This document shows positions 31,254-36,303 of a DNA stretch of 36,303 nt, piece after piece. How positions within the stretch are numbered: position 1 is the first letter of the stretch; each line of letters begins with the position of its first letter. Location: the IMG/VR virus record IMGVR_UViG_3300037697_000022, positions 1 to 36,303 of that record. One strand, given 5' to 3'. The notes under the pieces are model-generated. The model had not been told where the DNA came from and did not search any database. It saw nothing but the letters and a program-made list of their open reading frames with translations. Origin of the DNA: a virus. Lineage: Duplodnaviria; Caudoviricetes. Both the position numbers and the translations under genes were made by a program.

Positions 31254-34034
31254 GTGGCAATCCAAGTTCTCCACCATGCCCTCAACGTCGGTGTCGTAGA
31301 TCGCAACAAAATCCACCGCATCGATCTCCAGCGCATGCGGCTGGCGGCTGAGGATCAAACCAATCTGCTGTGCGAGGCGACCGGCCGGATGTTCCTGCGG
31401 CCCGGATTTGAATATCTCGACGCCTCCCACAACAACACCGAAACCCGACTGATCACCTTCGAGGCTGGCGCCACCGCCTCCTACATCCTCGAAATGAGCG
31501 CCGATGTCATGCGGGTGCGGGATGGCACCACCGATGAGCTGATCACCCGTCCTGCGGTCACCGCCACCATCCCGAACGGCGATTTCAGCTCAGGGACCGG
31601 ATGGACTCTCAGCACAGAGCTGGACTTGGACAGCGTCGATATCAACACCGGCGTCGCCGGCACGCTGCGACTGCGCACCTACTCTCTCGGGCAGCGGGCA
31701 TTTGCCAAGCGCAGCGTCACCTGCAATGAGCCGGGGACAGAGCACGGCCTGAGAATCGTGGTGACGCGCGGGCAAGTCACCTTCCGCTGCGGATCAACGG
31801 AAGGTGGGGATGAATATATCTCCGAGACGGTGTTGCGCACCGGGGACCACTCCCTCGCCTTCGTCCCCACCGGCGACTTCTGGGTCCAGTTCTCGAACAC
31901 CGAAAAGCAATGGGCCTATGTGGACTCTATCGAGGTTGAGGCGGCCGGCCCTATCGTTCTGCCGACGATCTGGGACGAAGACCATATCTGGAAAATGGAA
32001 TTTTCTCAGTCTCTCGATGTCATGTTCGTTGCGGCCCACCACTCCAAGCAGCAGCGTATCGAGCGGCGCGGCAACGGCGCCAGCGCCGGCCGCTCATGGT
32101 CGGTGTGCGACTACGATTCTGTGGATGGTCCGTTCGGCTCTGGACGCACCGCCGACGTGACGCTGGCGCCAAGCGTCACCGATCTGACTGGCACTCTCAC
32201 CGCCTCAGAGCCGTTCTTCAACGACTCCCATATCGGCACGCTGTTCAAAATCTATCACGATGGACAGAAGGTGGTGGCCTATCTGGGCGCCGCTGGCGAG
32301 TTCACGCCGACGATCATGGTAACGGGGGTCAATGAGACGGACTATAACGAGCGCGACTGGACGCTCCAGATGGAAGGAACATGGACGGGGACGCTTCGCG
32401 TGCAGCGGTCATTCGATGGCGAGGATATCGAGTTCCACGATTTCCGCCGTGCGCAGACCGTGTCCACCGTCGATATCACCGCCAACGCGACCTTCACCAA
32501 TGACGACAATGAGGACAACGCGATCACGTGGTATCGCGTCAAGTGCGTGGCCTACACCTCTGGCGAGGCCAAGGTCACCCTGACCTATGACGGCGGCGGC
32601 GGCTACGGCATCGCCCGCGTGACCAGCATCGATTCAGCGACAGTCGCACAGATGGATGTGTTGGTGCCGTTCAAGGGGACAGAGGCGACGAAGTTCTGGC
32701 AGCAGAGCGAATGGGGTGGGGAGAAGGGCGACCACGAAGTCACCGCCTCGCCGAACGGCGTCGATTTCCACGAAGGCCGCCTGTTCTTCGTCGGCAATGA
32801 CCGTATCTGGGGATCGGTGTCCGACGCCTATGAAAGCTTCGATGAGGACTTCGTCGGCGACGCCGGGCCGCTGATCCGCGCCATCGCGGTGGGTGGCCGC
32901 AACGTGGCGCAATTCGTCAAATCGATCTCCAATTTGATGGTTGGCTGCGACACGCGCGTGGTGGAAGCGCGCTCCTCGTCGCTGGATGAGATCATGACGC
33001 CTGAGAACTTCGGGCTGCACCTGATCAGCCAAGTTGGCACAAGCCCGGTGACTCCGGTGGCGATCTCGGATGACCGGATCATCTATGTCGCCGACGATGG
33101 CAAGTCGCTTTTCGAGGCCAACTATTCCGGGGAAAAGGCGCGGTTCATCGCCTCAGAGTTCTCCAAGCTGACAACCGATATCTTCGTGCCGGGTGTCAAA
33201 CAGCTGGTGCTCCAGAACCGGCCAGATCAGCGTATCTGGGCGGTGACAGAAGACGACGCGCCGGTGTGCATCGTCTATGAGCCGTTGCAGGAAATGGTCG
33301 CCTTTGTCCCGATCTCGACCAGCGCCGCGACCGACGTAATCGAATCGATGTGCGTGCTGCGCGGCATCGGGCAGGATCGTGTCTATGCCGCCATCAAGCG
33401 CGTGGTCGACGGCAACACCGTTCGCTACATCGAAAAGATGGCGCGCGACGTTGACGCTGTGCCCGGCGATATCTGCAAGTGCGTCGACAGCTTTGTCGAG
33501 TTCGGCGCCGGGGTGACGCAAGTCGACTGCTCGCACCTGATCGGGCGCACGGTGGTCGGCTGGATGGACGGCGACGCCATCAACGATGCCGGAACCACGA
33601 CCACCACTGAATTTGTGGTGCCGGCCGGCGGTATGGTCACGCTGCCATCTGAGTCGGCCACCGGCGGTGTGCTCGGGCTCAAATATCGCGGCCGGTTCAA
33701 GTCGGCGCGGCTGGCGTACGGGTCTGAGAACACCACCGTGATGCTCAAAAACAAGAGCCTGACGGCAGTCGGCCTGCTGCTCGCCGATTACTGCCGCTCT
33801 GGCGTCAAGTATGGGACGGAGTTCGACAACTCCAACCATCCGCTGCGCTCGATGGGCAAGCTGAACGCCAAGGGCGCCGTGGCGGATGAGGTGATCAGTG
33901 GTCCGGACGATGATGAGGAGCTGAAAGAGCTGGGCGATGAGGTGGGCTTTGATTCCCGCCTGTGCTTGGAGTTCAACTCACCCAAGCCGGCCTCGGTGCT
34001 GTCGCTGATCATGTCGGTGGAAAACTATGGTTGA
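31254..34034 (+). CDS. Tail tubular protein B / nozzle (T7 gp12 / P22 gp10-like)
   Basis: 926 aa, beta-rich; G.MFLRPG..Y, QS.DV.F, W...W, P..V.FHEGRL.F, IWGS. Confidence 0.88.
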   Translation: MAIQVLHHALNVGVVDRNKIHRIDLQRMRLAAEDQTNLLCEATGRMFLRPGFEYLDASHNNTETRLITFEAGATASYILEMSADVMRVRDGTTDELITRPAVTATIPNGDFSSGTGWTLSTELDLDSVDINTGVAGTLRLRTYSLGQRAFAKRSVTCNEPGTEHGLRIVVTRGQVTFRCGSTEGGDEYISETVLRTGDHSLAFVPTGDFWVQFSNTEKQWAYVDSIEVEAAGPIVLPTIWDEDHIWKMEFSQSLDVMFVAAHHSKQQRIERRGNGASAGRSWSVCDYDSVDGPFGSGRTADVTLAPSVTDLTGTLTASEPFFNDSHIGTLFKIYHDGQKVVAYLGAAGEFTPTIMVTGVNETDYNERDWTLQMEGTWTGTLRVQRSFDGEDIEFHDFRRAQTVSTVDITANATFTNDDNEDNAITWYRVKCVAYTSGEAKVTLTYDGGGGYGIARVTSIDSATVAQMDVLVPFKGTEATKFWQQSEWGGEKGDHEVTASPNGVDFHEGRLFFVGNDRIWGSVSDAYESFDEDFVGDAGPLIRAIAVGGRNVAQFVKSISNLMVGCDTRVVEARSSSLDEIMTPENFGLHLISQVGTSPVTPVAISDDRIIYVADDGKSLFEANYSGEKARFIASEFSKLTTDIFVPGVKQLVLQNRPDQRIWAVTEDDAPVCIVYEPLQEMVAFVPISTSAATDVIESMCVLRGIGQDRVYAAIKRVVDGNTVRYIEKMARDVDAVPGDICKCVDSFVEFGAGVTQVDCSHLIGRTVVGWMDGDAINDAGTTTTTEFVVPAGGMVTLPSESATGGVLGLKYRGRFKSARLAYGSENTTVMLKNKSLTAVGLLLADYCRSGVKYGTEFDNSNHPLRSMGKLNAKGAVADEVISGPDDDEELKELGDEVGFDSRLCLEFNSPKPASVLSLIMSVENYG

Positions 34035-34419
34035 TGTGATCCCTATCCCCACCTCGGTGATCGCCAGAACTTCCGGCCGGGACGTGCGCTTCCCGGTCGT
34101 TGCCTATGTGGGGATGGAAGACGGCAAGTGTGTCGGCCGTGGCGGGCTGGCGTGGGCAGACGGCAGCTGCTGGCTGTGGCTGGAAGGGGTTGACCCGGAG
34201 CACCGGCATGCGCTGCGGCTGGTACGCGAAGCGAAGAAGATGCTAAAGATAGCCGCTCGGTACGGCGATGAGGTGGTTTTTGCGGTTCGTGACGATCATG
34301 AACCGATGTCGGCAAAGCTTCTCACGCTGCTCGGCTTCGTTCATTGCGGCACTGAGCTGACAGACAAAGGCGAACAGGAGCTGTGGGTATGTCAGGTTTT
34401 GAAGCCATCGCAGCAATAG
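34027..34419 (+). CDS. GNAT-like protein (T7 gp13-like position)
   Basis: VGRGGL...WLW ... SAKLLTLLGF; follows the nozzle gene. Confidence 0.65.
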   Translation: MVDVIPIPTSVIARTSGRDVRFPVVAYVGMEDGKCVGRGGLAWADGSCWLWLEGVDPEHRHALRLVREAKKMLKIAARYGDEVVFAVRDDHEPMSAKLLTLLGFVHCGTELTDKGEQELWVCQVLKPSQQ

Positions 34420-34850
34420 CCACCGTCGCCTCCCTCGGAATTTCTGTCGCCGGGTCGATCTTCGGTGGGCAGAAAGAGAAAGAGGCTGACTACGCCACTG
34501 CCCACACCTTGGAGGGGATGGGCCGCGATGAGTTCGCCGCCTCGCAGCGCGAAGCTGAGGAGAAAAAGCTCCAAGGCAAACTGATCGAGTCGCGCATTCA
34601 GGCGGTAGCGGCGGCGTCTGGGGGTGGCGCCGGGGCGGATTCGCCGACAATCATGAAGCTGCTCACAGAAACGGGTGAGCGCAACCGTTACGCGGTGCAA
34701 TCGACACTCTACGCCGGCGCCCGGCAGCGCCAGAACTACATGGAGTCGGCGGCGGCCAAGCGCCGGTCTGGCGATGCGTCGCTGCTTGGAAGTTTCTTCA
34801 CCGGCTTCGGCACCCTTGCCGGCGGCATCGGTAGTCTGGATTTCGGATAA
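34389..34850 (+). CDS. Internal virion (ejection) protein, T7 gp14-like
   Basis: Hydrophobic Gly/Ala termini; AAASGGG...SP motif; position. Confidence 0.78.
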   Translation: MSGFEAIAAIATVASLGISVAGSIFGGQKEKEADYATAHTLEGMGRDEFAASQREAEEKKLQGKLIESRIQAVAAASGGGAGADSPTIMKLLTETGERNRYAVQSTLYAGARQRQNYMESAAAKRRSGDASLLGSFFTGFGTLAGGIGSLDFG

Positions 34851-36303
34851 TGGCACCGCGCATCCCCTCCCCTTATAGCGGCCCGCAGCCCGCCTCCATG
34901 CGTCCATCCGGCCCGATGCCGGTGGAAGACCAAAGCGGCCTCACACGCGGCGTCCAGAACTTCGCGCGTGGCGTCGAGATCGGTGCGGCGCGCCTGCGTG
35001 AAGAGGTGCAGAAAGAGAAGGCCCGCCAGAACGTCGTGGATGTCAGCGCGGCAGAGGCGGAGTGGACACGGCGCTACCTCGATATCGAGAATCGCTTCTC
35101 CGAGGACGGCGACTTTGAAACCTTCAATGAGCGCGCCTCGGTTGAGGCCGAAGAGGCGCGGCAGGCGGCGGCGGAGCTGATCCGTGACGAAGAGGTGCGG
35201 CAGGGATGGTTGCGGGAAGCGGAGCTGAAAAAGATCAGGCTTGTCGACTCCGTCTCGGATCGCGGCCGGCTGCTGAAACATCAAGATGACCGCGTGTCGT
35301 TCACACAGGCGCTCGAAGACAGCGCCCGGCTGATCTCTGATCCGAACACCGATGAGGCGGTGCGCCAGAAGGCACGCGCCGATATCCAAGCCAGCCTGAC
35401 TCTCGGTCAGTCGAGCGGCCTGCTGACGCCGTCAGAAGCGGCAGAGGTGAAGCGAACAACCCTCGAAGCGGCCGATGAGCAGCTGGCCATCAACCGCGCC
35501 ATGCTGCTCTCCGAGAGTGACCCGAACAGACTCAAGGGTATGCTCGGCACCTCGAAGACCATGGGCGGCAAGGATGTCTCCGACGCGCTGCTCTCGGTGT
35601 CTGCCGGTAAGCCGATGGCGCTCGATCTCGGCGTCGCGGCGGCAGCTGCTGAACGGCTCGATGATCGCGCCTTCCCAGACGATCCGAAGATGGCGGAAGC
35701 CTATCTCAAAGACCCCGAAATGAACGCCAAATACGTGGCGGCGGCGGTCGACCTCATGACCGAACAGTACGGTGGCGACATGACGGCGGCGGTGATCGCC
35801 ACGGCGCCGGGCGGTGGAGAGAAGCTGGCGGAGCGCTGGGTCAAGTCGAAGCACGACGAGTCGATCCTGCCGCCATCGGTGCGCCGCCACTATCGCAACG
35901 TGATGTCGAAGATGGCGCCGCCGGCTGATCTGATCCAGCTGCCGATCATCACTGATGGCGACGCCGATCTGACCAACGTCGACGTGGCGGTGCTGGAGCG
36001 CTTCGAGGGGTTGCAGTCGGCCTTCGGTTCGCAGCTCCCGATCATATCCGGCTACCGCGACCCGGATCACAACAAGCGGGTGGGCGGTGCTGATCGATCC
36101 ATGCATCTGGAACGCCGCGCCATCGATATCGACGTGTCGTCGCTGAATGAAGCTGAGCGCGTGCGCTTCATCGAAATGGCGTCGGCGATGGGCTTCATGG
36201 GGATCGGCGTCTACAGCGACTCCATCCACATCGATACCGGATCGCGGCGCGGTTGGGGTCCAAGCTATAAGAACGCGTCGATCCCCGGATGGGCGCGGGA
36301 AGT
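34850..36303 (+). CDS. Large internal virion (ejection) protein with degenerate lytic-transglycosylase-like and peptidase M15 domains (partial)
   Basis: Not in the ORF track (no stop). Open from ATG 34850 to the window end; IISGYRDPDHNKRVGGADRSMH...AID...GIGVY..SIHID is an M15A signature. Confidence 0.88.
   Translation, partial: MAPRIPSPYSGPQPASMRPSGPMPVEDQSGLTRGVQNFARGVEIGAARLREEVQKEKARQNVVDVSAAEAEWTRRYLDIENRFSEDGDFETFNERASVEAEEARQAAAELIRDEEVRQGWLREAELKKIRLVDSVSDRGRLLKHQDDRVSFTQALEDSARLISDPNTDEAVRQKARADIQASLTLGQSSGLLTPSEAAEVKRTTLEAADEQLAINRAMLLSESDPNRLKGMLGTSKTMGGKDVSDALLSVSAGKPMALDLGVAAAAAERLDDRAFPDDPKMAEAYLKDPEMNAKYVAAAVDLMTEQYGGDMTAAVIATAPGGGEKLAERWVKSKHDESILPPSVRRHYRNVMSKMAPPADLIQLPIITDGDADLTNVDVAVLERFEGLQSAFGSQLPIISGYRDPDHNKRVGGADRSMHLERRAIDIDVSSLNEAERVRFIEMASAMGFMGIGVYSDSIHIDTGSRRGWGPSYKNASIPGWARE

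Overview
The window is about 36 kb of a tailed dsDNA phage or prophage, cut at both ends. Its podovirus-type virion module resembles BPP-1/T7. The host is probably alphaproteobacterial (Rhizobiales-like), inferred from high GC, CTTGAC-N17-CTA(C/T)AT promoters, and BTLCP, GapR-like and cuckoo-like elements. Layout: (1) 247-5072 (+): Arc-like regulator, HNH, J-domain protein, DUF1064 nuclease, GapR-like protein, DUF1376 initiator and loader. (2) 5182-10687 (-): about 20 small genes with strong ribosome-binding sites, under three related promoters. (3) 10824-17595 (+): DNA methyltransferase, small terminase, a duplicated accessory operon and a DUF2829/Tad2-like gene. (4) 16760-17970: a cluster of structured non-coding RNAs. 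(5) 18034-23718: accessory structural genes, a 19-repeat fibre-like protein and a secreted BTLCP protease. (6) 23715-end: TerL, portal, scaffold, capsid, tail tube proteins and ejection proteins. The best candidate for an undescribed system is the set of predicted sRNAs, most with their own promoter and terminator. Two display anti-Shine-Dalgarno loops (one an exact CCUCCUCCC cuckoo motif) that match the phage's own early RBSs. All family assignments come from motif recognition by eye; no database search or folding software was run.
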